A stretch of 64,000 nt of DNA from NCBI GenBank assembly GCA_943787795.1, contig CALSNU010000004.1, positions 640,001-704,000 on the forward strand, written 5' to 3'. This document shows, piece after piece, positions 42,573 to 53,387 of the stretch. Under the pieces are notes generated by a model. That model had not been told where the DNA came from. It worked only from the letters and a program-made list of their open reading frames with translations, and made no database searches. Origin of the DNA: an uncultured bacterium (GTDB taxonomy: Bacteria; Planctomycetota; UBA1135; GCA-002686595). Each line of letters begins with the position of its first letter. The first letter of the stretch is position 1. A program made the position numbers and the translations under genes.

Positions 42573-43055
42573 ATGACTGCTTTCCGCTTCGGAGCCCACC
42601 AGGGACTGCCCTTCCCGCACGTGACGGGCTACTGGGTCAACCGACTCGGCGCCGCCTTCCGGACCGAGGTCGACCGGGAGCTGAGGGAGTTCGATCTGAC
42701 CCGTCGCCAGGTCGGCATGCTGCACTTCATCGCCCGGTCGGACCGACCCACCGCCTCGGAGCTCACGCGCCAGATGGGCGTGGACAGCACCGCCGTGACG
42801 CGGATGATTGATCGACTCAGCGACAAGGGCCTCGTGACCCGGGCCCTGGACCCCGAGGATCGTCGCCGCCACCTGATCGCCCTCACTCCCGAGGCCCGGG
42901 CGCTCCTGCCTCGCCTCTCCAAGAAGGCCCAAGAGGTCGAGGGGCTCTTCGAGAACGGGATCTCTGGCGAGCGCCTGGCGGTCTTCCACGAGGTGCTGAT
43001 GAACATGCTGGAGAACGTGGATGCGGATCACTTCGCGGTGGACATCGATGAGTAG
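42573..43055 (+). CDS. MarR-family regulator
   Basis: TASELTRQMGVDSTAVTRMIDRLSDKGLV...DPEDRR...LTPEA. Confidence 0.92.
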   Translation: MTAFRFGAHQGLPFPHVTGYWVNRLGAAFRTEVDRELREFDLTRRQVGMLHFIARSDRPTASELTRQMGVDSTAVTRMIDRLSDKGLVTRALDPEDRRRHLIALTPEARALLPRLSKKAQEVEGLFENGISGERLAVFHEVLMNMLENVDADHFAVDIDE

Positions 43056-44572
43056 CTCGTCCTCTCCCGCCCAGGCCTTCCCCCGGCTCGGCGCCCCCAT
43101 CCATGCCCTGCATGGTCTCGCCCTCGCAGGCCTCTGCCTCGCCCTGACCGCTGGCTGCCGCTCCACCCCGGAGCCCGCCGCCGAGTCGGTCGAGATCGAG
43201 CTCCCCGAGACCTTCAGCGCGCTGACCGGCGAGGACGTCGAGATCGGGGCGGAGCCCTGGTGGACGACCTTTGAGGACGAAAGCCTCGACCGGGCCGTGG
43301 GCGAAGTACTCGGCGGCAACTTCGAGCTCCGGCAGGCCTGGTCACGGCTGCGCCAGAGCGAAGCCAGCGCGCGCGCCGCCGGCGCGCCGCGGATCCCCTC
43401 CCTGGACGGCACCGCGTCGGCCCGCTATCAGGAGATCGACCAGAGCGGCAGCGGCGGCTTCAACATCCCGATTCGTACCGGCGAGACCTACTCCCTGGGG
43501 CTCTCGCTGGGCTACGAGGTCGACCTCTTCGGCCGCATCGACAGCACCCTGAAGGCCGCGCGGCTGGAGGAGGCAGCCACCGCCGCCGACGTCCGCGCCA
43601 CCGGGCTCGCACTCAGCGGACGCGCGGTGGACGCGTGGCTCACCATCGTGGAGCGCAACGCCCTGACGGACCTGGTGGGCGCGCAGGTCCTCGCCGGCGA
43701 GCAACTCCTCGAGCTCACCGAGGCCCGCTTCGCCACCTCGGGCACGGGGTCAGCCCTCGACGTCCTCCAGCAGCGCCGCCAGCTGGAGGGCACCCGCGCG
43801 GAGCTCCCCCTGCTCGCAGGTGAGGTGGAGCGCGCGCGCTATCAGCTCGCGGTGCTCACCGGGGAGGCGCCCGGGGAGCAGGCCACAGACGCGCCCCGGG
43901 CGCTCCCCGCCCTACCCCCCGCTCCCGATCCTCGATGTCCCCTCGGCGCTGCTCACCCGCAGACCAGACGTCATCGCCGCCGGGCTCCGCGTCGAGAGCG
44001 CGGACGCGAACGTCGCGGCCGCCATCGCTGCGCGCTACCCCCGGCTCGACCTCTCAGCCGCCTACAACTTCGACGCCACCGAGCTGGCCGACATCTTCGA
44101 CCGGACGATCTCATCGATCGCCGCCAACGTGGTCGGCCCCATCATCGACGGCGGCGCCCGCCGTGCCGAGGTCGACCGACAGCGCGCCGTGCTCGAGGGT
44201 GCGATCGACGGGTTCAACCAGGCCATCCTGGCCGCCCTGCAGGAGGTCGAGGACGCCCTCTCCCTGGAGCGCCGCGGGCTGGAGCGAATCGCCGTGCTCG
44301 AGCTCCAGGAGACGCTCGCCGCTGAAGAGCTCATTCAGGCTCGGCTGCGCTACGCCGGCGGCGTCGAGAGCTACCTCGAGGTGCTCGCCGCGGTCCAGAC
44401 CGAGCAGGCCCTCCAGCGCCTCCTGATCACGGAACGAGCGGGCATCCTCCGTGCCCGCGCGCAGCTCCTGCGCGCCCTGGGTGGATCCTGGACCGAAGAG
44501 CTCCAGGACCCCATGGCCGCCGCCGCGCCGACCAATCCCCCCCAGACCGCTCCCGCCCTCGGCCCCCGCTGA
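43048..44572 (+). CDS. Outer-membrane efflux factor lipoprotein with apparent +1 frameshift at C6 (43915-43920)
   Basis: Lipobox TAGC, WWTTFED, YEVDLFGR in one frame; VPSALLTRRPDV...LLRALGGSW in the next. Removing one C restores LPPLPILDVPS. Confidence 0.85.
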
Positions 44573-44595
44573 GCCCCCGCCCCGCACCTCACCCC

Positions 44596-45810
44596 ATGGC
44601 TTCTCCCATCAAGGTCGTCGGCGTCCTGCTCCGCTGGACCGCGCCCATCATCGTCATCGCCGGAGGCGCGCTCGTCGCCCGACAGCTGATCGCCCAGCGC
44701 CAGGCTCCGCCCAAGGTCGAACCGCCGCCGCGCGTGCTCCCCGTGGACGTGATCACCGTCGAGCAGCGGGACCACCCGGCGAGCCTCCAGGTCTTCGGTA
44801 CCGTCCGCCCCCTGCGCACCCTCGTCCTCCGCCCCACCGTCGGTGGCCCGATCCAGGAGATCCACCCCGAGCTCCTCGAGGGCGGCCTCATCGGCCGAGG
44901 CGAGACCATCCTGCGCGTGGACCGGCGCGACTACCTGCTGGCCCTGGACGTGGCCCGCTCGAGCCTCGTCGCCGCCGAAGCCGACCTCGACATCGAGCTC
45001 GGGAGCGCGGCGGTCGCGGCGCGCGAGTGGAAGCTCCTGGAGGGTTCGATCGAGGTGACCGAGGCCGGCCGAAAGCTGGCGCTCCGTGAGCCCTACCTGG
45101 CCCGGCGGCGTTCGGAGGTGGAGAGCGCGCGGACGCGCGTGGCCCAAGCCGAGCTCGACCTGGAGCGCACGGAGATCAAGGCGCCGTTCGACGCGCTCGT
45201 CCTGAGCGAGACCGCCGAGGTCGGCGGCCAGGCCGTGATCGGCGCGGAGCTCGCCCGGATGGTGGATCGCTCGCGATTCGCCGTGGAGGTCAGCGTGCCC
45301 GCTGAGCGGCTTGCGCTCCTCCAGCGCGAGGACGCAACCGCGCAGATCCTGCTCCCGGATGGGGAGCGAGAGGGAACCCTCGAGCGAGTCCTGGGCGAGG
45401 TGGACGCCGAGGGACGCATGACGCGGCTCCAGGTCACGATCAATGACCCGCTCGGCTCCACGGCCCTCGGGGGCGCCACGGAGCAGCGCGCTCCCGCCGT
45501 GCTCCTCGGCGCCTACGCCGAGGTGCTCCTCCCTTGCCGCCCCATCGAAGGCTCCATCTCCGTCCCCCGCGCGGCGCTTCGAGAGGGCGACTCGGTCTGG
45601 GTGGCCGATGCGAACGACGAGCTGCAGATCCGTCAGGTGGACGTGGTCATGCGCCGCCCCGACGACGTGCTGGTCGTCGCGGGACTCAAGGCCGGCGAGC
45701 GGGTCATCACGAGCGCCGTGGCGGTCCCCCTCCCCGGACTCAAGCTCGCGCCGCGGACACAAGGCGCCGGGCGCGTGAGCTCCGGCTCACGCCTGGAGGC
45801 GGGCCGATGA
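44596..45810 (+). CDS. RND periplasmic adaptor subunit
   Basis: N-terminal anchor; LERTEIKAPFD, VPRAALR, GLKAGERVI. Confidence 0.9.
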   Translation: MASPIKVVGVLLRWTAPIIVIAGGALVARQLIAQRQAPPKVEPPPRVLPVDVITVEQRDHPASLQVFGTVRPLRTLVLRPTVGGPIQEIHPELLEGGLIGRGETILRVDRRDYLLALDVARSSLVAAEADLDIELGSAAVAAREWKLLEGSIEVTEAGRKLALREPYLARRRSEVESARTRVAQAELDLERTEIKAPFDALVLSETAEVGGQAVIGAELARMVDRSRFAVEVSVPAERLALLQREDATAQILLPDGEREGTLERVLGEVDAEGRMTRLQVTINDPLGSTALGGATEQRAPAVLLGAYAEVLLPCRPIEGSISVPRAALREGDSVWVADANDELQIRQVDVVMRRPDDVLVVAGLKAGERVITSAVAVPLPGLKLAPRTQGAGRVSSGSRLEAGR

Positions 45811-48800
45811 GCGGGCAAGAGGAGCGCCCGCGCGGGGCCATCGCCTGGATGGCGAGCAATAGCATCGCCGCCAACCTCTCGATGCTCATCCTCCTCGTCG
45901 GCGGGCTGATCTTCAGCACCCGGGTGACCCAGGAGACCTTCCCTGAGTTCAACCTCGACAGCATCACCGTGCGCGTGCCCTACCCCGGGGCCAGCCCCGA
46001 GGAGGTGGAGCAGGGCATCCTCCTGGCGATCGAGGACCGCACCGCGGGGATCCTCGACGTCAAGAAGGTCTCGAGCCAGGCCCTCGAGGGTGTGGGGACT
46101 GTGACCCTCGAGCTCGTGACCGGTTCGGACCGCGGCCGCGTCCTGCAGGACGTGAAGAACGAGGTCGACCGGATCATCACGTTCCCGGCCGAGGCGGAGG
46201 AGCCGGTGGTCTCCATCGCCAACGCGGAGCGCACGGTGCTGAGCGTCATCGTGCACGGGGACCTCTCGCCGGCCTCCCTGCGCCTGCTGGCAGAGCGCGT
46301 GCGCGACCGGCTCATCGAGCACCCGGAGATCACCCTCGCCGAGCTGGGCGCGAGCCGCGAGCACGAGATCGCCGTCGAGGTCCCCCAGGAGCGGCTGCGG
46401 GCCTACGACCTGTCCCTGCCGGGCGTGGCCAACCGCATCCGCCAGGCGGCGCTGGAGCTGCCCGGCGGCGAGGTCAACACCGACGCGGGGGAGGTGCTGC
46501 TGCGGACCCAGGAGCGGCGAGAGCTCGCCAGCCAGTTCGCCGACCTCCCGCTGGTCACGACCACCTCGGGCACCGTGCTGCGCCTGCGGGACATCGCGGA
46601 GGTGCACGACGGCTTCAGCGAGGCCGACGTCGAGGCGACCTTCAACGGGCTCCCCGCCCTGGAGATCTTCGTCCGCCGGGTCGGCGACGAGACCCCCATC
46701 GCGATCTCCTCGGCGACCCGGGAGGTCATCGCGGAGATCAACCGCGAGCTGCCCACAGGCATCGGCCTGGAGCCCTGGAACGACCAGTCGGTCTCCTACA
46801 GCGAGCGCCTCGACCTGCTCGGCCGCAACGCCCTGCTCGGGCTCGGGCTCGTCCTGCTCCTGCTGGGCCTCTTCCTCCAGCCCCGCGTGGCCTTCTGGGT
46901 GACGGTGGGGATCCTCATCTCGGTGGTCGGCTCGTTCCTGGTGTTCCCGGCCACGAACGCCTCCATCAACATGGTGTCGCTCTTCGCGTTCATCGTGACC
47001 CTCGGCATCGTCGTGGACGACGCCATCATCGTCGGGGAGAACATCTTCGAGCGGCAGCAGGCCGGCGAGCCACCGCTCCAGGCCGCCATCAACGGAGCGA
47101 AGGAGATGGCGACGCCGGTCGTCTTCGCGGTCCTGACGAACATCGCGGCGTTCATGCCGCTGTTCTTCGTCCCGGGCGCCAGCGGGAACATCTTCCGCCA
47201 GATCCCCGCGGTGGTCGTCTCGGTCTTCGCGATCTCCCTCGTGGAGTCCCTGTTCATCCTCCCCGCTCACCTCGCCCACGCGCGCGAGCCGGGGCGCCTC
47301 ATGCAGCTCCTCGGGACTCCCAACCGAGCGGTGGCGTGGCTCTTCGACCGCTTCAGCGAGCGCGTCTACGCGCCGTTCGTGCACTTCGCCCTGCACCAGC
47401 GCTACTTCATCCCCGCCGCGGGGGTCGCGATGCTGCTGATCACCGCCGGGGTCCTGGGCGGCGGCCTGATCCGGACGAGCTTCCTCCCCCGCGTGGACTC
47501 CGACCTGGCCCAGGCCACCGCGCGGCTCCCCGTGGGCGTCCCCATCGAGTCCACCCGCGAGGTCCAGCGCATCCTCGAGGCCGCCGCGCGGGAGACCGAG
47601 GAGGCCCTGGGCGGCGACGTGATCAGCGGCATCTTCACCAAGATCGGCGGCATGGGCGGCTCGGCGAGCGAGCTCTCCATCCAGGCCGCGCTGCGCCCCC
47701 CCGAGGACCGGGCCGTGGGCGGGATCGAGTTCAACAAGCGCTGGCGGAAGGTCGCCGGTGACGTCGTCGGCGTGGACGCGCTCTCCTTCAGCGGGCGCTC
47801 GTTCGGCCCGTCGGGCAAGGCCGTGGACATCCAGCTGGCCGGCGAGGACCAGGCGGCGCTGGAGGCCGCGGCCCGGGAGATCGCCACCACCCTGCGCGGC
47901 TACTCCGGGGTGAGCGACGTGGACGACGGCACCGCGAGCGGCAAGCGCCAGCTGAGCTTCACCCTGACCGAGGCGGGACGGAGCACGGGCCTCACCTCCA
48001 ACGAGGTGGCCAGCCAGGTGCGCGCCGCCTTCTACGGCGCCGAGGCCCTCCGCCAGCAGCGCGGCCGCAACGAGGTCAAGGTGCTGGTCCGGCTCCCCAG
48101 GGAGGAGCGTGAGCGACTCAGCACCGTCGAGAACCTGATCCTGCGCACACCGAGCGGCGGCGAGGTCCCCCTCTCCGTGGCGGCCCTCGTCGAGGAGGGC
48201 CGCAGCTACACGAGCATCGACCGCCGCAGCGGCCAGCGGATCGTCGCCGTGTCCGGCGACGTGGACACCGAGATCACCGACGCGGAGTCGATCCTCACGG
48301 CCCTGCAGGCGAACGAGCTCCCGGAGATCCTCGCCCGTCACGGAGGCCTCGAGTACTCCCTCGAGGGCGAGCAGGAGAGCCAGCGCGAGTCCATCGCCGC
48401 CCTGGGCATCGGCCTGACCCTGGCCGTCTTCGCCATCTTCGCCATGCTCGCCATCCCCCTGAAGAGCTACACCCTGCCGCTGGTGGTCCTCTCCGGGGCG
48501 CCGTTCGGCATCATCGGCGCGCTGCTCGGGCACTTCGCGCTCGGCTACGGCTTCTCGCTGATGTCCCTGTTCGGAATGATCGCGCTGACCGGCGTGGTGG
48601 TGAACGACAGCCTGATCCTCGTGGTGACCGCGAACCGCTACCGCGAGAAGGGCATGGCCGCCTTCGAGGCCGTCAGGGACGCCTCGGTCCGCCGCCTGCG
48701 ACCGATCCTGCTCACCTCGCTCACGACCTCCATGGGCCTGCTGCCCATCATGCTGGAGACCTCGACCCAGGCGCGCTTCCTGGTGCCCATGGCCATCTCC

Positions 48801-48962
48801 CTGGGCTTCGGCGTGCTCTTCTCGACCCTGGTGATCCTGCTGCTGGTGCCGAGCCTCTACCTGATCCGGGAGGACACCATCGCCATCCTGCGCGTGGCCC
48901 TGGGGCGCAAGGCCGCGGACTCAGCGGGCTCCGACCTGGAGGCCGCGAAGGGCCCCGCCTGA
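45807..48962 (+). CDS. RND efflux permease (AcrB/AcrD/AcrF family)
   Basis: YPGASPEEVE, GIVVDDAIIVGENI, GVVVNDS, RLRPILLTSLTT; ATG 45807 overlaps the adaptor stop. Confidence 0.93.
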   Translation: MSGQEERPRGAIAWMASNSIAANLSMLILLVGGLIFSTRVTQETFPEFNLDSITVRVPYPGASPEEVEQGILLAIEDRTAGILDVKKVSSQALEGVGTVTLELVTGSDRGRVLQDVKNEVDRIITFPAEAEEPVVSIANAERTVLSVIVHGDLSPASLRLLAERVRDRLIEHPEITLAELGASREHEIAVEVPQERLRAYDLSLPGVANRIRQAALELPGGEVNTDAGEVLLRTQERRELASQFADLPLVTTTSGTVLRLRDIAEVHDGFSEADVEATFNGLPALEIFVRRVGDETPIAISSATREVIAEINRELPTGIGLEPWNDQSVSYSERLDLLGRNALLGLGLVLLLLGLFLQPRVAFWVTVGILISVVGSFLVFPATNASINMVSLFAFIVTLGIVVDDAIIVGENIFERQQAGEPPLQAAINGAKEMATPVVFAVLTNIAAFMPLFFVPGASGNIFRQIPAVVVSVFAISLVESLFILPAHLAHAREPGRLMQLLGTPNRAVAWLFDRFSERVYAPFVHFALHQRYFIPAAGVAMLLITAGVLGGGLIRTSFLPRVDSDLAQATARLPVGVPIESTREVQRILEAAARETEEALGGDVISGIFTKIGGMGGSASELSIQAALRPPEDRAVGGIEFNKRWRKVAGDVVGVDALSFSGRSFGPSGKAVDIQLAGEDQAALEAAAREIATTLRGYSGVSDVDDGTASGKRQLSFTLTEAGRSTGLTSNEVASQVRAAFYGAEALRQQRGRNEVKVLVRLPREERERLSTVENLILRTPSGGEVPLSVAALVEEGRSYTSIDRRSGQRIVAVSGDVDTEITDAESILTALQANELPEILARHGGLEYSLEGEQESQRESIAALGIGLTLAVFAIFAMLAIPLKSYTLPLVVLSGAPFGIIGALLGHFALGYGFSLMSLFGMIALTGVVVNDSLILVVTANRYREKGMAAFEAVRDASVRRLRPILLTSLTTSMGLLPIMLETSTQARFLVPMAISLGFGVLFSTLVILLLVPSLYLIREDTIAILRVALGRKAADSAGSDLEAAKGPA

Positions 48963-48966
48963 TCCC

Positions 48967-50214
48967 TCAGCGACGGCGCTTCTTTTTCGCCTTGGCCGAG
49001 GACTCCCAGCCCGCGAAGGCGCCCCGCTCGGGGGCCTTGAGCGCCTGAAGGATCATGGCGGTGGAGTAGGACGCCGTGCGCGGGAAGACCCGGTCGTTCC
49101 AGGACCCGTCGTCGTTGCGGGTGCTCCAGATCAGACGGCGCAGCTCGGCGCGGTGGGCGTCACGCTCCGCCTCGGGCAGCTCCTCGATGGCGAGCGCCAC
49201 GTAGGTGTGCCCGAAGAAGAAGTAGTAGGGCGCGATGCCGTACTTGCCCACGTGGGTGCCCTGCTGGCTCTTGCGCACGAGCAGGTCGTCGTAGCCCTCG
49301 AAGAAGCCCACCACCGCCTTGCGCAGCTCGTCCGCGTCGCTGCGCCCGGCCTTGTAGAGGGCGAGCTCCGCGCAGGCCGAGCGGGCGGAAGAGCCGGGCA
49401 TGAGGACCTCGCCCCGGGCCTTGCCCGAGTAGGCGTAGCTCACCGCCTCGGTGCGGCAGGCCTCCAGGGCATCGAGGGCGCGCTCGACCATGTCCTCGTC
49501 CACGTCGTGGCCCGCCTCCTTCGCGTCGAACAGGATCAGCAGGGTGGAGCCCGTCATGAACGGGCTCACCGCGCGGTCGTTGGCGTAGTTCCACCCCCCC
49601 ATGGCGGTCTGGTTCGCCTCGAGGCGCTTGATGAGCTCCTTGATGGAGCCCTTGATCTTGCTGCTCTTCTTGAGCTTCGACGGCCCGACCTCGCGCAGGG
49701 TGAGGAAGAACTGCAGGGCGTACGCGTGGCCCCAGCCGCGCACGTCGTAGCCGCGCTTGGGCCCGATCGCCATGCCCTTGTCGCGCTTGATCATGTCGAG
49801 CACGAAGTCCGCCGAGCGCTCGACGGCCTCCTCGAGCGCCTCCGCGTCCTCGCCGCCCGCGCCCGCTCGCAGGAGCGTGTCGCAGACGATCGACGTGCCG
49901 CCGACCCGATAGCCCGACGGGATGATGCCGCCCCGGACGCGGTACACGCCCTCGTAGGGCCACTCGGCCGCGTCCTTGTCCCCGTAGAGCTCCGAGAGCC
50001 GCTCGCGCTCTCCCTCCTGCCACGACTCCAGCTCATCGTCGGGGAGCGTGCCCACGGGCCGGTCCGCCTCGTAGCTCTCCTGGCGCTCGAGGAGCAGCGC
50101 GACCGCCGCTTCGATGGCCTCGCTCAGCTGCTCATCGGTCGGCCCCTTCCGCTCGGGCTCCTGGGCGGGAGCGATGGCGAGGGTCATTGCAGAGAGGGTG
50201 GCGAGGAGGAGCAT
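48967..50214 (-). CDS. Secreted prenyltransferase/squalene-cyclase-like alpha-barrel protein
   Basis: Signal peptide from ATG 50214; QW-like repeats NQTAMGGWNY and RNDDGSW; PYYFFFGHTY. Confidence 0.65.
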   Translation of the reverse strand: MLLLATLSAMTLAIAPAQEPERKGPTDEQLSEAIEAAVALLLERQESYEADRPVGTLPDDELESWQEGERERLSELYGDKDAAEWPYEGVYRVRGGIIPSGYRVGGTSIVCDTLLRAGAGGEDAEALEEAVERSADFVLDMIKRDKGMAIGPKRGYDVRGWGHAYALQFFLTLREVGPSKLKKSSKIKGSIKELIKRLEANQTAMGGWNYANDRAVSPFMTGSTLLILFDAKEAGHDVDEDMVERALDALEACRTEAVSYAYSGKARGEVLMPGSSARSACAELALYKAGRSDADELRKAVVGFFEGYDDLLVRKSQQGTHVGKYGIAPYYFFFGHTYVALAIEELPEAERDAHRAELRRLIWSTRNDDGSWNDRVFPRTASYSTAMILQALKAPERGAFAGWESSAKAKKKRRR

Positions 50215-50257
50215 GGGAGCGTGGATGGGAAGGGCCCGCGGAGAGTAGGCTCCGTCG

Positions 50258-51169
50258 ATGGGATCGACGACCGGAGGGGGCGTGGACGCGGTGAAGGTCG
50301 CGCTCCTGACCATAGCGTCCGTGACCGCGTTCGCCGGGAACTCCGTCCTGTGCCGCCTGGCGCTGCTCGCGCCGGGGGAGGGGGCCGCTCCCATCGATCC
50401 CCTCTCGTTCACCGCGGTGCGCCTCGCCGCCGGCGCGCTCGTCCTCTCCCCCGTCCTCGTCGCCACCCGGGGCAAGTGGCGGGACGCGGGTGCGAGCTGG
50501 GGTGGCGTGGCGGCCCTCACGGTGTACGCCGTCGCCTTCAGCCTCAGCTACGTGACCCTGCCCGCCGGCGTCGGGGCCCTGCTGCTGTTCGGACTGGTGC
50601 AGATCACGATGGTGAGCGCCGGCCTCCTCACGGGCGAGCGCTTCGGCCTGGTCCGCGGCGCGGGCATGCTCGCCGCTGCGGCCGGGGTGGTGCTCCTGGT
50701 GGCCCCCACCGGCGGCCTCCTCGCCGGGGCCGACGTGGACCCGCGCGGGGCCGCCCTGATGGCCGCCGCCGGCGTCGCCTGGGGCGCCTACAGCCTCGCG
50801 GGCCGCGGCCAGCCGCGCCCCGTGCGGTTGACCGCCGTCAACTTCGCCCTCTGCCTCCCCCTGGCCACCCTCCTGCTCGTCCTCTCGAGCCGCGAGTGGA
50901 GCACCGAGGGGCTCCTGCTGGCCGCGGCCTCCGGCGCCATCACCTCGGGCGCAGGCTACGCCATCTGGTACGCGGCGCTCTCCGGGCACACCGCGACCTC
51001 CGCCGCCGTCGTCCAGCTCACCGTCCCCGTGCTGGCAGCGGCGGGGGGTGTGGTGTGGCTGGACGAGGCGGTCACCCCGCGGAGCGTCGCCGCCACGGCA
51101 CTCGTCCTCGGCGGCGTGGCCGTCGCGCTCCTCGCCGGCGCCCGCCACCGCGCCACCGCGCGACGCTGA
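50258..51169 (+). CDS. DMT/EamA family transporter
   Basis: AFAGNSVLCRLAL, GALLLFGLVQITM, SGAGYAIWY; ~10 TM segments. Confidence 0.9.
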   Translation: MGSTTGGGVDAVKVALLTIASVTAFAGNSVLCRLALLAPGEGAAPIDPLSFTAVRLAAGALVLSPVLVATRGKWRDAGASWGGVAALTVYAVAFSLSYVTLPAGVGALLLFGLVQITMVSAGLLTGERFGLVRGAGMLAAAAGVVLLVAPTGGLLAGADVDPRGAALMAAAGVAWGAYSLAGRGQPRPVRLTAVNFALCLPLATLLLVLSSREWSTEGLLLAAASGAITSGAGYAIWYAALSGHTATSAAVVQLTVPVLAAAGGVVWLDEAVTPRSVAATALVLGGVAVALLAGARHRATARR

Positions 51170-51194
51170 TCGGCCCGCGCGGCGGCCGCAGCCA

Positions 51195-53387
51195 TCACGC
51201 CGCCGGGCTCGTCCCGTCCATGGCCTCCACCCCCGAGCGATCCTCCACGGGAGCCCGAAGGGTGGCGAAGAGCGCGAGGAAGGAGAGCAGCAGGACGGAG
51301 AGGGCGAGCGGCATGCGGCCGAGCACGTCAAGGGGCCCGTCCGAGGCCCGGTGGGCCTCGAGCTGCTGCCGGAACTCGGGCAGGGTCCGGAGCACCGAGA
51401 GCGCGCCAACCGCTCGGACGCTGTAGCTGGAGCAGCCCTCGCCCATGAAGGTATGGGCGGTCTCCACGAGATAGCGCTCGAGGGCGAGGAGGTCGATCCC
51501 CGGCCGGGAGCCCTCCGCGGGCGCCTCGGGGACGCCCCACCGCGCCATGGCCTCGACCGCACTCGCCGTGGTGTCGACCCACCCGAAGAAGTTGGAGTCC
51601 TCCCACGCCACGCCGTCGGCGTCCCGCTCGTCGGCGTCGACGCTCCCCTTGAAGGCGCCGCTACGCCCGCCCTTGGTCCGCACCCAGGTGTCGAGCAAGG
51701 CCCGGTGAACGGGGTCCGCCAGGGATGGGACGCGCTCGGGGTCCTCCAAGAACTCGAGGGCGTCCGCGGCGTTGAGGTAGTCCGAGACGGCCTCGTGGCG
51801 ATCCGGCGTTGGCAGGTCCTTCAGGACGCGAGCGGCGAGCTCCGAACGACCCGCCTCCGCGATGCCGGCGAAGTCGGGGGTCTCGGCCACGAGCAGCGGC
51901 CGCCAGGTGCGCTCGAAGGGCTCCGGCCAGAACTCGATGCCGATCCTCCGGACCTCGTCCTCGCTACCCGGGCCGATCCAGTGCACGGGGTTCGGCGCCA
52001 TCCGCTCCGCGAGCTGTTGCCGGTGGTACAGCATCCTCGCGACGACGGACTCGTCGAAGCGCACCAGCTCCCGGAACCCGAGCAGCCCGATCAGGTCGTG
52101 GTCGTCCGAGTCGAAGCGGTCGCGGCCCGGGATCTCGATGCGGTCCGAGTACTCCTCCAGCTCGACGCGCAGCGCCACGGGGAGCGCCTGGTCCGAGGCG
52201 AAGCCGGTCCCCAGCGCGCGGTCGAGGCGCAGCAGCGGGAGCAGGTAGAGGGGATTGAGGTCCGCGCCCTCCCGGGCGAGCTCCTCGTGCACCACCGCCT
52301 CGAAGGCCGAGAGGTCCGGCATGGGCTCCCCTGCCGCGTCCATCATCCGGAGGGCCTGCCCGAAGGCGTCCCAGCGACCTGACTCCGAGAGTTCCTCCTC
52401 CGTGGCCTCGGAGACCCAGCCCCGGACGTCCTCCGCGTCCGCCTCGACGTGGCCGAAGGTCGCCCACAGGGAACCGAGCCCCCCGATCACGAGCACCCAG
52501 ATGGCCACGGCCCAGGCCACCGTCTTCCGGGACCCGCCGCCCGCCGCCTTGCCAAGGCCGAAGCAGAGGAGGGCGCTCAAGGAGAGCGCGGGGACTACCA
52601 GGAACGGGGCGACCCGCTCCAAGGCCCCCGCGGAACTGGCGCTCCCGGCCATGTCCATGAACTGTTGCGCCTGAAGCGCAAAGCCGAATACGAACAGCAG
52701 GAAGCCGCCCATCAGCTTGCCGACCTGCTCGCGCGAGGCGAGCCCCTCCGCGGAGAGGCCGCGGAGCTGGGCGACGGCGGCCACCGACGAGGCCAGGACG
52801 ATGAGGACGAGGCCGTGCTCGAAGAAGCCGCTCGGGTTCAGCACGAAGACCGTGACCAGCAGCGCCGCCGTGATCAGCGTCGGCACGAGGTTCCGCCCCC
52901 ACCAGGCGCGAACCGCCGACGCCGCCTCGAGCTCGTCCGTGCGCTGCGCCCCGTCCCCGGAAAGCCCAAGCTGCCCGCGAATAGCGTAGACGAAGGTCGC
53001 GGCGATCATCAGCAGCGTGAAGAGCGGCATGGCCGCCAGCGCCGGCACCGCCTTGAGGGTGAGCTTGGTGCCCGCCTTGGTCGCCGCCGCCGTGCCTGCG
53101 CCGAGGACCGCCTTGCTCGCGCCCTTCGACAGCAGCATCGGCGGCAGGAGCCCCGCCGCCCAGCCGAGCCCGCCGGCGACCGCCGGCTCCGGCAGACGCT
53201 CCATGCGCAGGGGCTCGGCGCCGCCCCCTGCGCCTTCTGCGCCTTCCGCGCGACGGATCCGCTCCCGGACCCCGGCGCCGAAGGCCTCCGGGTCCGACCG
53301 GCGCGGCGCGAGCGCCGCCTCGAGCTCGTCCGTGAGCCCATCGCGCTCACCCTCCAGCCAGTCGTCGATCTTCATTCCGTCGCTCAT
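51195..53387 (-). CDS. Multi-pass membrane protein, probable anti-sigma/partner of the adjacent ECF sigma
   Basis: ATGA overlap with the sigma gene; N-terminal soluble segment, several TMs, large soluble domain, C-terminal TM. Confidence 0.6.
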   Translation of the reverse strand: MSDGMKIDDWLEGERDGLTDELEAALAPRRSDPEAFGAGVRERIRRAEGAEGAGGGAEPLRMERLPEPAVAGGLGWAAGLLPPMLLSKGASKAVLGAGTAAATKAGTKLTLKAVPALAAMPLFTLLMIAATFVYAIRGQLGLSGDGAQRTDELEAASAVRAWWGRNLVPTLITAALLVTVFVLNPSGFFEHGLVLIVLASSVAAVAQLRGLSAEGLASREQVGKLMGGFLLFVFGFALQAQQFMDMAGSASSAGALERVAPFLVVPALSLSALLCFGLGKAAGGGSRKTVAWAVAIWVLVIGGLGSLWATFGHVEADAEDVRGWVSEATEEELSESGRWDAFGQALRMMDAAGEPMPDLSAFEAVVHEELAREGADLNPLYLLPLLRLDRALGTGFASDQALPVALRVELEEYSDRIEIPGRDRFDSDDHDLIGLLGFRELVRFDESVVARMLYHRQQLAERMAPNPVHWIGPGSEDEVRRIGIEFWPEPFERTWRPLLVAETPDFAGIAEAGRSELAARVLKDLPTPDRHEAVSDYLNAADALEFLEDPERVPSLADPVHRALLDTWVRTKGGRSGAFKGSVDADERDADGVAWEDSNFFGWVDTTASAVEAMARWGVPEAPAEGSRPGIDLLALERYLVETAHTFMGEGCSSYSVRAVGALSVLRTLPEFRQQLEAHRASDGPLDVLGRMPLALSVLLLSFLALFATLRAPVEDRSGVEAMDGTSPAA

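Noticed and set aside
5615..48533. Long antisense or alternate-frame ORFs (e.g. 5615..8362, 28900..31266, 45633..48533, 21660..23894)
   Set aside because: They overlap well-supported genes, are Arg/Gly/Pro-rich without motifs, and are expected at ~70% GC.
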